Shown: positions 39,530 to 53,472 of the stretch, in pieces
Layout: each line of letters starts with the position of its first letter
Position numbering within the stretch: the stretch's first letter is position 1
NCBI GenBank assembly: GCA_964016885.1
Contig: OZ024764.1
Span: 13,826,001 to 13,890,000, forward strand
Direction of reading: 5' to 3'
From: Eledone cirrhosa
Taxonomy: Eukaryota
DNA: 64,000 bases
The notes under the pieces: generated by a model
What the model saw: only the letters and a program-made list of their open reading frames with translations
Databases searched by the model: none
What the model was told of the DNA's origin: nothing
Made by a program: the position numbers and the translations under genes

Positions 39530-39945
39530 TGCTGTTACAGCTCACACCTATGCAGGTTTAGCTGGCCTCCTCCAAGGTATATCTCGTTGGAGGTGTCTCG
39601 GGTGATTTAATGATAGGGACCCCAGTCCTATCATATTGTTACAGCTCACACCTTATGCAGGTTTAGCTGGCCTCCTCCAAGGTATATCTCGTTGGAGGTG
39701 TCTCGGGTGATTTAATGATAGGGACCCCAGTCCTATCATATTGTTACAGCTCACACCTTATGCAGGTTTAGCTGGCCTCCCCCAAGGTATATCTCGTTGG
39801 AGGTGTCTCGGGTGATTTAATGATAGGGACCCCAGTCCTATCATATTGTTACAGCTCACACCTTATGCAGGTTTAGCTGGCCTCCTCCAAGGTATATCTC
39901 GGAGGTGTCTCGGGTGATTTAATGATAGGGACCCCAGTCCCTATC
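39530..39945 (-). repeat. ~119-bp tandem repeat (about 3.5 copies) attached to a SINE A head
   Basis: Unit tgttacagctcacaccttatgcagg...ggtgatttaatgatagggaccccagtcctatcatat. Confidence 0.9.
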
Positions 39946-40104
39946 ATCTCATTTCTACAGCTGAGTAAACTGGAGCAATGTGAAATAAAGTGTCTTGCTC
40001 AAGGACACAACACATCACCCAGTCTGAGAATTGAACTCACAACCTTTCGATTGCAAACCCAATGCTCTAACCATTAAGCCATGCACCTTCTATATATACA
40101 TATA

Positions 40105-41010
40105 TTATATATACACTATGTAAAGTCTATATATCCATTGTACAATATATATTATACATTATATATATAGTATATATACACTATGTACAGTATATATTAT
40201 ATATACACTATGTACAGTATATATTATACACTATATATATATTATATATACACTATGTACAGTATATATTATACACTATATATATAGTATATATACACTA
40301 TGTACAGTATATATTATACACTATATATATATTATATATACACTATGTACAGTATATATTATACACTATATATATAGTATATATACTCTATGTACAGTAT
40401 ATATTATACACTATATATATATTATATATACACTATGTACAGTATATATTATACACTATATATATATTATATATACACTATGTACAGTATATATTATACA
40501 CTATATATATAGTATATATACTCTATGTACAGTATATATTATACACTATATATATAGTATATATACACTATGTACAGTATATATTATACACTATATATAT
40601 ATTATATATACACTATGTACAGTATATATTATACACTATATATATATTATATATACTCTATGTACAGTATATATTATACACTATATATTATATATACACT
40701 ATGTACAGTATAAATTATACACTATATATATATTATATATACATACAGTATATATTATATATACACTATGCACAGTATATATTATACACTATATATATAT
40801 TATATATACTCTATGTACAGTATATATTATATTTACACTATGTACAGTATATATTATACACTATATATATATTATATATACTCTATGTACAGTATATATT
40901 ATATATACACTATGTACAGTATATATTATACACTATATATATATTATATATACTCTATGTACAGTATATATTATATATACACTATGTACAGTATATATTA
41001 TACACTATAT
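40105..41010. repeat. AT-rich degenerate minisatellite
   Basis: Recurring tatacactatgtacagtatatattatacactatatatat. Confidence 0.9.
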
Positions 41011-41507
41011 ATGATGTCCAAGGGAAAAGCAATGTCTAATACAGCTTGGCACCTGTGACATCACAACTCATTTCTACAGCTGAGTAAACTGGAGCAATGT
41101 GAAATAGAGTGTCTTGCTCAAGGAAACAACACATCACCCGGTCCGAGAATTGAACTCACAACCTTTCGATTGCAAGCCCAATGCTCTAACCACTAAGCCA
41201 TGCGCCTTCACAAATTATTATGTGGGCAGGTATGACTGATTTTTATGGGGTTTCTATTGAAAGATTTATTATTCCTAAGTGTTACAAAGGGGCTGACAAA
41301 GAAGTTGTTAGTTTATGAGAGTAAAGGTGACTCTTGTTATATTTTGTACTGCTAAATATATGTACAAGTGTGGTGGTTCACTACTAAATGCAGCACTACA
41401 AAGTGTAATGATATACGGTCCTGCAGAAATGCAAGATATGTGCATTGCTATGCAGCTGAAATTTGTTGACCAATCAACACTTTGAGTATTGTTCCGGTTA
41501 CCTTACA

Positions 41508-41555
<48 letters not shown>

Positions 41556-41614
41556 TTGTATGTGTATATACATATATATATACACATATATATATATATA
41601 CACACACATATACA

Positions 41615-41648
<34 letters not shown>

Positions 41649-41659
41649 CAAAGACATAG

Positions 41660-41708
<49 letters not shown>

Positions 41709-42715
41709 CATATACATATACATACATATACATATATATACATATCAGAGTGCTGGATGAGGGAGGATAAGCTACCAGGTTTGTGCACTAGACCATCTCA
41801 GATTACATTGGCAGATGTGGTGTCGTAATTCGAGTTGTAACCGGATCTATTTCTTCTCTTCTAGGAACCGGTGACAAGTTATAAATTTCCCACCTCGGAA
41901 GAATATGTCCAGTAGATTGGTCACCTTTATTTGAAACCTGATACCCTTCATTTACATCCGGAATTGCCGAATAGATTTCGATTGCCACCTGCCATCCACC
42001 AAAGTATAGACACAAGAAAAGGGTGAAAGCAGAAATTGTTTGCTTAAACGTTTAATCTGTGTTAATAATTGTTTCTACTTTTGGCACAAGGCCAGTAATT
42101 ACCCAGTGCATTACTGGTACTTTATTTTATCGACCCCGTAAGGATGAAAGGCAAAGTTAACCTCGGCGGGATTTGAACTCAGAATGGCAAGGGCCGTAAC
42201 TATGCGTCAAAGCATGGCGTCCGACTCTCTACCGATACTGCCAATCCCCCCTTAATCTGTGTTAATAATAATATATATATATATATATATATATATCATC
42301 ATCATCATCATCATCAGGTTTAGCGTCCGTGTTCCACGCTTGCATGGGTTTGGACGGGGGTTTTCCCACTTGAGGCAAGAGTGGTTGTCTTGCTCGCATA
42401 GGACTGTCTGGCGGGTTTTCTACGGCTGGATGCCCTTCCTAACACCAACCACATTTACAGTGTGGGGCTGGGAGGTTTTTACCGTGTTGCCTACACGGTC
42501 ACATTACAGCGTGGACTGTCTGGCGGGTTTTCTACAGCTGGATGCCCTTCCTAACACCAACCACATTTACAGTGTGGGACTGGGAGGTTTTTACCGTGTT
42601 GCCTACATGGCCACATTACAGCGTGGACTGTCTGGCGGGTTTTCTACAGCTGGATGCCCTTCCTAACACCAACCACATTTACAGTGTGGACTGGGAGGTT
42701 TTTACCGTGTTGCCT

Positions 42716-42755
<40 letters not shown>

Positions 42756-42913
42756 ATTTATTGGCAACATGATCTTTCCAAAGTATAACATATATATATA
42801 TATATATATATATTTGTATATATATGTGTATATACATATATACATTTATAAATATATGTATATATTTGTATATATTTGTATATATATATGTATATATATA
42901 TACACATATTTGT

Positions 42914-42961
<48 letters not shown>

Positions 42962-43017
42962 TTGTATATATTTGTATATATATATGTATATATATATACA
43001 CATATTTGTATACATAC

Positions 43018-43095
<78 letters not shown>

Positions 43096-43136
43096 AAATG
43101 AAAATCCGAAGGCAAAGTAAAATTCCAATCATTTAA

Positions 43137-43210
43137 TCACTACACATGTTTCAATAAGAGATAGATCGATTGTGAAGCCATGATCGATTATCACTGATCT
43201 CATCAGGTGA
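43137..43210 (-). ncRNA. Hammerhead motif with long stem II in fold-back element 43092-43400
   Basis: Minus strand: tcac-CTGATGA-(long hairpin)-GAA-ACA tg TGT-A-gtga. Inverted second arm at 43286-43400. Confidence 0.7.
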
Positions 43211-43745
43211 AAATGAATTGTCTTCAAATTCTTGACATGAGGGAGAAAAATAACGATGTTCTCTCACAGAATTAATTCCCTCATATGATGAGATCAGTGA
43301 TAATCAATCATGGCTTCACAATTGATCTATCTCTTACTGAAACATGTGTCGTGATTAAATGATTGGAATTTTACCTTGCCTTCGGATTTTCATTTTGATA
43401 CTTATACCCCGTTTTACATCATCTAGCTGTTCCCTTGAATGGAATTGGAGATATACAAAAGCGTGGAGGACTTAATATTGCTAACATAAAGTTATTGGAC
43501 CATTTTACACAACCAATATTGCACCTTACTATATAACTATATATATATATATATGGCAGCACATGGCTTAGTGGTTAGAGCATTGGCATTGCAATCGAAA
43601 GGTTGTGAGTTCAATTCTCAGACCGGGTGATATGTTGTTTCCTTGAGCAAGACACTTTATTTCACATTGCTCCAGTTTACTCAGCTGTAGAAATGAGATG
43701 ATAGGAGTGGGGTCCCTATCATTCCACTGCAAAATGGTCGTGGAG

Positions 43746-45610
43746 GCTGGATCCTGTGAAGAATCATCCTGTTGAGGGTCTTTGCCACAAGTGACACCAG
43801 TGAGATCCCCCTGTAGTTGTTGGTGTTAGAGAGATCTCCCTTCTTTGGCACTGGGACGATGTTACTGATCCTCCACTGATTCGGGGCAACTCCTTTCTCC
43901 AGTGCCCCGTTACAGAACCCCAGGATGATATCATCAAAATCACACCTCTTCATCACCTCTGATGCCACTCCATCTTCTCCATGAGCCTTGCCCTCCTTGA
44001 TCCTCTTCTTGGCTCTCTGAAGCTCCTCTCTGGTGAAGGGTCCTGTCTCAATATCCAGTTCCTCAAACAGCCGCCTGATCTCCCCAGTATTCTGGGCTGT
44101 GGAGGGTGGCTCTCCTAGTAGGGTCCTAAAGTGGTCTAGCCATTTCCTCTTCCTATCCTCGGACCCCGTTCCCTGGATCTGACTCGAACACCTTCTCTTC
44201 CTCCCTGTGATCTCGTTGATGATCATCCAGCTCTCCTTCCACCCAGACCTGTCAACTGCTCTCTCCACACTTCTGATCTTCTCTATCAGTGTCTCCTCTC
44301 TGACCTCAGTGTAAGCAGTACAGAGTTCTTCCCTCATCACCTCCACAGTCTCCATCCTCTCCTCCGTAGGATCAGCATGGAGTTAGTCCTTGGCAGCTTT
44401 CAGGTGTTCTCTGGCTGCACACACTTTTGGGTTTGCAGAGCTGACGTGCTTGCTTTTGTTCTTTCTCCTCGGCACCAGGTTCTCACTTGCTTCCGCCACT
44501 GCATTGGTGAAGTGCCCGTACCTCCTCGTCACACTCTCCTCAGTCCATCCAATCTCTCTCTCCTCTGTCTCTCCACACAGAGCACTGAACCTCTTCCTCA
44601 CTTCCACTGTGAACCTCTCCTGTAGCTTATCATCTTCCTTGAAAGCTCCCCAGTCATAGATTGCTCTCTGGGGCTGAGCCTTGCTCTTTCTTAAGTTCAC
44701 CTGGACCTCACTCATAACAAGCCGGTGGTCACTACCCAGTTTACTGAAATAGTTGTATGGTTCTGTGTTCAGAACACTATTCCGCCACTTTTTCCTCACC
44801 AGAATGAAATCAATCTGGGACTTGGACAGGTGCATATCTGAGATGTAGGTCCACATCTTCCCTGGATTCTTCCTAAACCTTAGGTTGGTTGCTATCAAGT
44901 TCGCCTCCAGCAGGGTGTCTCTCAGTAGTCTTCCATTTCAGTTGGTGTTGTTATGGAAGTACCAGCGAGGATCTTCACTGCTCTCCTTACTCAGATGTGC
45001 ATTGAAGTCCCCCAAAACAAGCAGGATGTTGTGCGCTTGAGTGGTGTTGACAGCTCTACACACCACCTCATGGAACTCTTCTGCACTCACATCACTGTCT
45101 CCCTCGGTTGGACTATAGGCTGAGATGACTGTCAGTCTTGGGTTTCCATTGAAGGTCACCCTCAACACTCGCGGGGAGACAGGCATTATTTCCCTCACCA
45201 ATAGACTGGTTTTTGTGCTGAAAACAAAACCCCCTCCTCCCACTGCAGCATTGGTCATGTTCCTCACTGCCGATGTGGTGATGAGCTGGCTCCTCTTCCC
45301 AATCATCACACTCCTCATGGGCTCATCGTGTAGGATCCTGTGTTCCTGGATCGCAAGTATCTGTATACCACTTTCCTCGAACAGATGTCCCAACTCCTCT
45401 CTCTTCTCCAGCGTCCGAATAGTCCTCATATTCAAAGTGCCCATTTTGATGGCTCTTCTGCAGGACAAAACTGCATTCTTTATATTTGTCTCAGAGACAG
45501 TTGATCCATCATCCACTGGCCCTCAGCCAGCAGAGTCATAACGACCAGACTGCTCCTTGACAGTGTAATTAGGGGCTCTAACCCTAATGCTGTTAGATCG
45601 ACTCTCCATA
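43746..45610 (-). mobile_element. RTE-clade LINE 5' part (APE endonuclease and N-terminal RT), inverted
   Basis: GTLNMRT...LAIQEHR...ISAYSPT...LGDFNAH...SQIDFIL...SDH (APE motifs), then IVPVPKKGDLSNTNNYRGISL (start of RT). Frameshifts present. Confidence 0.92.
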
Positions 45611-45712
45611 TTTCTTTTCAATGGCTGACAATACCTTACCGGCGCCACTCGAATAAGGTAGTTTTTTAACCCATAAATGGGGCCCTAACAGGTACTACTA
45701 CTTCGGCTCAGA

Positions 45713-46510
45713 GCAGGAGAGTTAAGACGAAAAAGGTATCAGATGCTGAATTTGCCGACGACATAGTTTTGGTGACAAATACAGTGAAGGAGGCAGAGGA
45801 TTTGATGCAGGAGGTTGAGACTGTGCCGATGAATGTGGGGCTGAGAATGAATGAGACTAAAACAAAATATCTGGTAGAGAATGTTGAGAAGCCAGAGGGG
45901 ATCACTAATGTAGGCGGGAAGCCGCTAGAATTGGTTGAAGACTTCCTGTATTTGGGAGTAAAGATTGGGAATATGGAAGATGATGTGGTTGAGAGGAAGA
46001 GCAAAGCCTGGGCGGCGTGCCACAGCTTGAGATCAGTGTGGAAGTGGGACCTTCATGAAGACCAGCAGATCCGCCTCTTCATTGCTGTAGTGGAGTCTGT
46101 GCTGCTGTACGGGTCTGAGACTTGGACACTGACCAAGAAACTCACTCAGATGGTGGATGGGTGCTACACGAGAATGCTGAGGATGGCTCTGAACATTAAT
46201 CAGTATACACTAAGGATGAAAAACTCAGAGCTGTATGGGAGAATCCCAAAAGTCAGCTCAAAAGTGACACAGAGGAGACTGAGGTTAGCTAGACATGCTC
46301 ACCGACATCCAGAGTTGACATTGCACTCAGTGCTCCTGTGGGAGCCCCTATATGGACACACGGGAAGAGGAAGACCAAGGTTAACGTATGTTGATGCCCT
46401 AAGGACAGACACTGGTCTGTTGGAGACGCAGGATATGGCAGCGATAATGAGGGACAGAGACCACTGGAGAGAACTTTTCCATGGATCTCGGGAATTTTAC
46501 CCACCCTAGA
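45713..46510 (+). mobile_element. RTE-clade LINE 3' part (RT FADD motif to stop)
   Basis: EFADDIVL...GLRMNETKTK...FLYLG...ESVLLYGSETW...RRLRLARH...GRGRPRLTY...DRDHWR. Confidence 0.92.
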
Positions 46511-46531
46511 TTTAAGCATATGTACACACAC

Positions 46532-46595
<64 letters not shown>

Positions 46596-47285
46596 ATAAG
46601 GAAAAGCGAAGTAGTTTCAGATGTTAAAGTCTTTTAATAATAATTGTTTCTACCATTGGCACAAGGCCAGCAAATAAACCAGTGTATTACTGGTACTTTA
46701 TTTTATCGACCCTGGCAAAGTTAACCTCAGCGGGATTTGAACTCAGACTATACAGGGCTGTAAGTCTTTGCTGCAAAGCATGGCATCCGACCCTCTATCG
46801 ATACTGCCAATTAATAATAATGCTGTGATATATATTATATATATCACAGCATTATTATTAAAAGACATGGGCGGTGAGTTGGCAGTATCGGTAGAAGGTC
46901 GGACGCCATGCTTTGATACATAGAGTTACGGCCCTTGCCATTCTGAGTTCAAATCCCACCGAGGTTAACTTTGCCTTTCATCCTTACGGGGTCGATAAAA
47001 TAAAGTACCACTAATGTACTGGGTAATTTCCGGTTGGTTGGTTGGTTCCACAACCAGATGATTGTTTATATATTTTCAAAGTTCTTTCGTCACACATTCT
47101 GTGACCTCTTCAGTAACTGGGGATTCTTTTCTTTGTTTTTGAGCCTCTCCTTTGTTCAGTCCTACGCCATCTTGAGTTTATTGGCAACATGACCTTTCCA
47201 AAGTATAACAATATATATATATATATAACAAAATGGCGTAGGATAGAAGAAAGGAAAGGCACAGAAACGAAGAAAGAAATCCCCA

Positions 47286-47328
47286 GTCACTGAAGAGGTC
47301 ACAGAGTGTGTGACGAAAGAACTATGAC
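47286..47328 (+). ncRNA. Minimal hammerhead motif (copies at 56579-56621 + and 47076-47116 -)
   Basis: gtca-CTGAAGA-G-GTCACA..TGTGAC-GAA-AG aa CT-A-tgac. Confidence 0.75.
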
Positions 47329-47542
47329 TATATATATATAAACAACCATCTGGTTGTGGAACCAACCAACCAACCAGAAATTTATAAATTTGTAAATTTA
47401 TAAATATATAATAAATTAAATAGAAGTGAAAGCAACTGGTGCGTGTGTTTCTTATTGGCAACATGACCCTCCCAAAGTATAACAATATCGGTTTCAACAC
47501 ACGTTTTCAGATAAACAATCTTGCTAAACAAATTCAGAAACG

Positions 47543-47579
<37 letters not shown>

Positions 47580-48016
47580 GAAGTTATATTTAATTTGTTG
47601 GGATACAACAAGCAAATATTTTTATAATTGATATAAAGCTCTGATATACAACATTCTCTCAGTTAGGGTTTTCTCTCTTTCTCTTCTTTTGTTTTTCTTT
47701 CGTTCTTTCTTTTTCCTTTTCTTTTTTCCCTACTCCAACGGCTTAATTTTAAATGTATGGGATTTGCATAATAGACCAATAATTTGCATAATAGACCAAT
47801 AATAAAATTAGTAACCCCACTATCCGGGAGCTTCCAACCGACATGGTTGCATTCTTTAAGGGTATGTCAATATTTGTTTATAAAACTGATCTATATTATA
47901 TTTTATCTGATGAAAGCGCACCATAATTTGCTTTGGTGTCCTTGAAATATGTATAATGAAATAAATATGCTTTTATAAATGTAGTTTCCATTTGTTAATA
48001 TATTGTATATATATAT

Positions 48017-48075
<59 letters not shown>

Positions 48076-48125
48076 ACAAAGTGCGACCAGAGAACCACCC
48101 TCCATTCAGACATTGTGTGAGAATG

Positions 48126-48343
48126 TGACGTTGTATTCCATATTCCATATATGGGCAACGGGTTACTTTGACATGCGTCACCTGACTAACCCATTACTCT
48201 CATTATGTGTGCCCAATTTTTCTGCTGAAGTGTCCCCCACCAGTTTTCCACCCCCGCTGTCACACGCCCTCGCATTGTAGGGGTCGAAGCTATTTATAGT
48301 TACCCCTGGTTCCTGTAGAACACGAGACCAAACCCGCCCACGC
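48126..48343. promoter_or_regulatory. Candidate enhancer: CArG, MEF2, CRE-like and EGR motifs
   Basis: CCATATATGG 48145-48154, TGCGTCA 48174-48180, CTATTTATAG 48290-48299 and CGCCCACGC 48335-48343, within ~220 bp of unique DNA. Confidence 0.45.
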
Positions 48344-48495
48344 CATCAACGTTACCCCCCCCCCCTCCACGTGTGTATATATATGTGTGTGTGTGTGAGA
48401 GAGAGTGTGTGGTGTGTGTGAAAGAGAGAGAGAGAGAGAGTGTGTGTGTGTGTGTGAAAGAGGAGAGAGAAAGAGAGTGTGTGAGTGTGTTTGAG

Positions 48496-48526
<31 letters not shown>

Positions 48527-48670
48527 AGGAGAGAGAGAGAGAGTGTGTGTGTGTGTGAAAGAGAGAGAGAGAGTGTGTGTGTGTGTGAAAGAGAGAGAGA
48601 GAGTGTGTGTGTGTGGGAAAGAGGAGAGAGAAAGAGAGTGTGTGAGTGTGTTTGAGAGATGGATAGATAG

Positions 48671-48704
<34 letters not shown>

Positions 48705-49161
48705 AAGGAGAGAGAGAGAGTGTGTGTGTGTGTGTGTGTGAAAGAGGAGAGAGAAAGAGAGTGTGTGAGTGTGTTTGCGAGATGGATAGATAGATAGATA
48801 GAGAGAGAGTGTGTGTGTGTGTGTGAAAGAGAGAGAGAGAGTGTGTGTGTGTGAAAGAGGAGAGAGAAAGAGAATGTGTGAGTGTGTTTGCGAGATGGAT
48901 AGATAGATAGATAGATAGAGAGAGAGAAAGAGAGTGTGTGAGTGTGTTTGAGAGATGGATAGATAGATAGATAGAGAGAGAGAGAGAAGGAGAGAGAGAG
49001 AGAGAGAGAGAGAGTGTGTGTGTGTGTGTGAAAGAGAAGAGAGAAAGAGAGTGTGTGTGTGTGTTTGAGAGATAGATAGATAGATTTCTTTATTAGCCAC
49101 AAGGGCGCAACAAGAAAGGGGACAATACAAAGACATGCCGGGGATTTTACATACAAAAGAT

Positions 49162-49208
<47 letters not shown>

Positions 49209-49402
49209 AGGGGGGTGATAGGCGGAAGAATAAAAGTACTTGTTTACTGATAATTAGCCATAAAACATGTAAAGAATTTGCCTGTTATCTGTAGACGAAG
49301 GAAGTAATAGAATGCGTTTACATTTGTTTAAGTTCACATAAGGGTAGTGAAATCATATATATATATATATTTATACACACACACATATATATATATACAC
49401 AT

Positions 49403-49455
<53 letters not shown>

Positions 49456-50128
49456 TATATATATATATATATGTGTGCGTGTGCCTGTGTGTGTTTATAT
49501 GTATATGTATATATGTAGATGTATATGTTTATATAGATATTTATATGTATCTACATGTATATACGTATATATACATATAAAGTACACACACACACATATA
49601 TATATCTATATGTGTGTGTTTATATGTATATGTTTATAAATGTGTATATATATATATATATGTGTGTGGGTGTGTGTGTGTTTGCACTTTTGTGCTTGTG
49701 TGGATATATATATATATATATATATATAAATGAAAATGAGAAATTAATGTAAGCAAAATGATGATTTCTAAAGAATGAAACAGTTCTAGTCCTGTAGAAT
49801 CTCATCTATATTAAAACTATATATATATATATATATATATAAATATTAAAACAATGAAATTAAATAAAAAACGGTTAATTCATAGTAAAACTCATTATTT
49901 TACGATCGTTTCGCACGCGAAATATATATATATATATACATCTCGTTATATACATTTTTCGTTAATTCCTAAGCCGAAATACGATTCTCGCTGATTTATA
50001 TTTATATATTTATATATTTATATATTTATATATATTTCGCGTGTGAAAATTTCGTGGACTTAATTTTACGATGTGTTGAAAAACAAACACCGGCGTCAGC
50101 CGATAATTACACGAATAAACGGCGGCTT

Positions 50129-50253
50129 CTGATTGGTCGATCTTGCTGTGACGTGGCTAAACTTTCAACGTGACGTGACATGACCTCAATTAAGTGGGTT
50201 ATTACTCACAGCTTGACAGTTATGGGAGATTCCTTTCCCATGAAATGACGTCA
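50129..50253. promoter_or_regulatory. Candidate enhancer/promoter: CCAAT, bZIP and kB-like motifs
   Basis: CTGATTGG at about 50129, TGACGTGG 50149-50156, TGACGTGA 50171-50178, GGGAGATTCC at about 50224-50233, TGACGTCA 50246-50253. Confidence 0.45.
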
Positions 50254-50954
50254 CACTATTTATGTCTATATATAGTAACACATATTTTCTCTTTCACTCT
50301 CTCTCTATCTCTCTATCTCTCCTCCTTTCCCCCCCTCTCTCTCTCTCTCTCTCTCTCTTCTCTCCTCCCCCTCTCTCTCGCTTCTCTCCTTCCCCCTCTC
50401 TCTCTCGCTTCTCTCCTCCCCCCTCTCTCTCGCTTCTCTCCTTCCCCCTCTCTCTCTCGCTTCTCTCCTTCCCCCTCTCTCTCTCGCTTCTATCCTCCCC
50501 CATCTCTCCCCCCCCTCACACTCTTCTCCCCCCTCTCCTTTCTCCCACACCTAATCCCCCTCTCTCTCTCGCTTCTCTCCCCCCCCCTCTCTCTTCTCCC
50601 CCTCTCACACTCTTCTCCCCCCTCTCTCACACTCTTAACCCTCTCTCTTCCCCCCTCTCCTTTCTCCCACACTTAATCCCCCCTCTCTCTCTTCTTCCCC
50701 TCTCACACTCTTCTCCCCCCTCTCTCTTCCTCCCTCTCCTTTCTCCCACACTTAATCCCCCCTCATCCTTCCATATATCTTTTGCCTGCTTTAATCGGTC
50801 TGGACAGTCTCACCTTTCGCGTGTGTTAGAGCTGGGGTGGTTTCCCACGCTCTGTTATAGTAACAATATATAGTAAATCTTATAGTAAGGGTTGTGAATT
50901 AATAGAGTCGTTAGAACAGGCATATCAAACATGCCGCCCTTTACAAGCTCATAC

Positions 50955-50984
<30 letters not shown>

Positions 50985-50985
<1 letters not shown>

Positions 50986-51175
50986 GGAACCAGTAAGACC
51001 CCGACAGCTGAGCTCAAGCCGTTTCGACGGCTAATTCAGGTCCAGAATTAGCCGTCGAAACGGCTTGAGCTCAGCTGTCGGGGTCTTACTAGTTCCTATT
51101 ACCCACTCTACTACCCTAAGTATTGAGTACTTTGGTGCGTTATGGTCCACCTGGTTCCTTACCACATTTCCTTCG

Positions 51176-51178
<3 letters not shown>
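50985..51178 (+). mobile_element. Fold-back element carrying the 3' half of a hammerhead
   Basis: Inverted arms contain GAA-ACGGCT tgagctc AGC(C/T)GT-C. Copies at about 3086-3245, 25655-25820, 52235-52380, 55775-56008 and 58165-58267, plus a partial copy at 11987-12085. Confidence 0.75.
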
Positions 51179-51207
<29 letters not shown>

Positions 51208-51791
51208 TATAAATTATGTCCATAGAATCATTTGATAAGATATATACACCATTTCCGCTTCCGCTCCCAATTAGCATAATCAACCACACAAAAAACCCCC
51301 CAAAAACAATTAAACCAGGCTATCAGATAAAAAAAAAAAAATATATATATATATAGGAACGATCGACTTTCGTCAAATCGGACCGAGGGAACAATGTTTC
51401 CGTTGGTCTTTCCAATTGCTAATACTATCTATCGGTCGCAACTCCAGGTAGAAGGAGCAACGTGAAATAAAGTGTCTTGCTCAAGGACATAACGCATCGC
51501 CTGGTCCAGGAATCGAACTCACAATCGCGAATCCAATTCTCTAACCACTCAGCCACACGCCTTCATATATATATTTATATATATATATATACATGTATAT
51601 ATATTTATATAGATAAATCTACCAAAAGTTTACGGTAGTGTCCAATCCGTATGAAGAACTCAATGTAATCCGGATATCATGAAAAGAGAAGATGCATTCA
51701 AAAACTATTTTCGGTGAAAATTAACGGAAAACAGAGTCAAGATAAATTAATAAAATAATGAATAAACAAAGAAACAGTTCCCTATATTAAA

Positions 51792-51868
<77 letters not shown>

Positions 51869-52078
51869 TATATTTATACATATATATATATATATATATA
51901 TGTAGAAGGTGAGTTTTATTGTAGTACAATAAAGCAATGCAGATATCGGATAAGAAGCACTCTACAGTTTGTAGGACTGGAGTATACATAATATATAAGA
52001 TCAAAAGATGGTTAAATGAGTTGATTTAAAACTGCACTATCCACAAGTGTTTTTTAACCTTCATATCATGTCCTCCTA

Positions 52079-52145
52079 TTTTATCTGATGAAAACACAAA
52101 TGTTATTGCATGATGATATTTGTTTTTGAAATGCGCATAATAAAA
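52079..52145 (+). ncRNA. Hammerhead motif (reverse copy at 55219-55285)
   Basis: ttttat-CTGATGA-(AAAC..CAAAT...ATTTG..TTTT)-GAA-ATGCGCAT-A-ataaaa: 6-bp stem I and palindromic stem III. Confidence 0.78.
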
Positions 52146-52187
52146 TACATGGAACTCATTTAACCATCTTTTGATCTTATATACATA

Positions 52188-52237
<50 letters not shown>

Positions 52238-52374
52238 CGAAGGAAATGTGGTAAGGAACCAGGTGGACCATAACGCACCAAAGTACTCAATACTTGGGGT
52301 AGTAGAGTGGGTAATAGGAACCAGTAAGACCCCGTCGAAACGGCTTGAGCTCAGCCGTCGGGGTCTTACTGGTT

Positions 52375-52415
<41 letters not shown>

Positions 52416-52440
52416 TCATGATCATCAACATCATTTTACG

Positions 52441-52526
<86 letters not shown>

Positions 52527-52697
52527 TACATACATATTACCATCCAGGATTTAAAAAAGCTTTCACACACATGTCAAACGTGTGGCCCTTTACAAGCTCA
52601 CCCGCGGCCTGCACAAAGGTATTTTATAGTGCGGACGTAATATAAAATTTTAAAAAAATATATTAGTTGTAATGTACGCAATTAGTTGTCTCTCTCC

Positions 52698-52738
<41 letters not shown>

Positions 52739-53048
52739 TCTCTGGAAGATAGCTGCCATATTCAGCCCTGGAGAGGCCTTCAACAGGTTTTTAAAACATG
52801 CCCAAGAAACGCCGTATATCAATATGGCGTCGTAAGGACTCCATCAGAGGGTACAGGACAATGGATTATCTCCCTCTCTCCACCCTTTCTTTCTCTCTCT
52901 CTCTCTCTCTCTCGCTTTCTCTCTATCTCTCTCTCTTTCTCTTTCTCCCTCTCTCTTTCCCCCTCCCTCGCTCTATCTCTTTCCCCTTCTCTCTCTCTCT
53001 CGCTCTCTATATCTATCTATCTATCTCTCTCGCTCCCTCTCTCTTTTC

Positions 53049-53082
<34 letters not shown>

Positions 53083-53198
53083 CTCTATATCTATCTATCT
53101 ATCTCTCTCGCTCCCTCTCTCTTTCCCCTTCTCTCTCTCTCTCTCACTCTCGCTCTCTATATCTATCTATCTATCTCTCTCGCTCCCTCTCTCTTTCC

Positions 53199-53244
<46 letters not shown>

Positions 53245-53270
53245 CTCTATATCTATCTATCTCTCTCGCT

Positions 53271-53332
<62 letters not shown>

Positions 53333-53429
53333 TCTCTCGCTCCCTCTCTCTTTCCCCTTCTCTCTCTCTCCCCCTCTCTCTCTCTCTCTCTCTCTCGCTC
53401 TCTATATCTATCTATCTCTCTCTCTCGCG

Positions 53430-53472
<43 letters not shown>

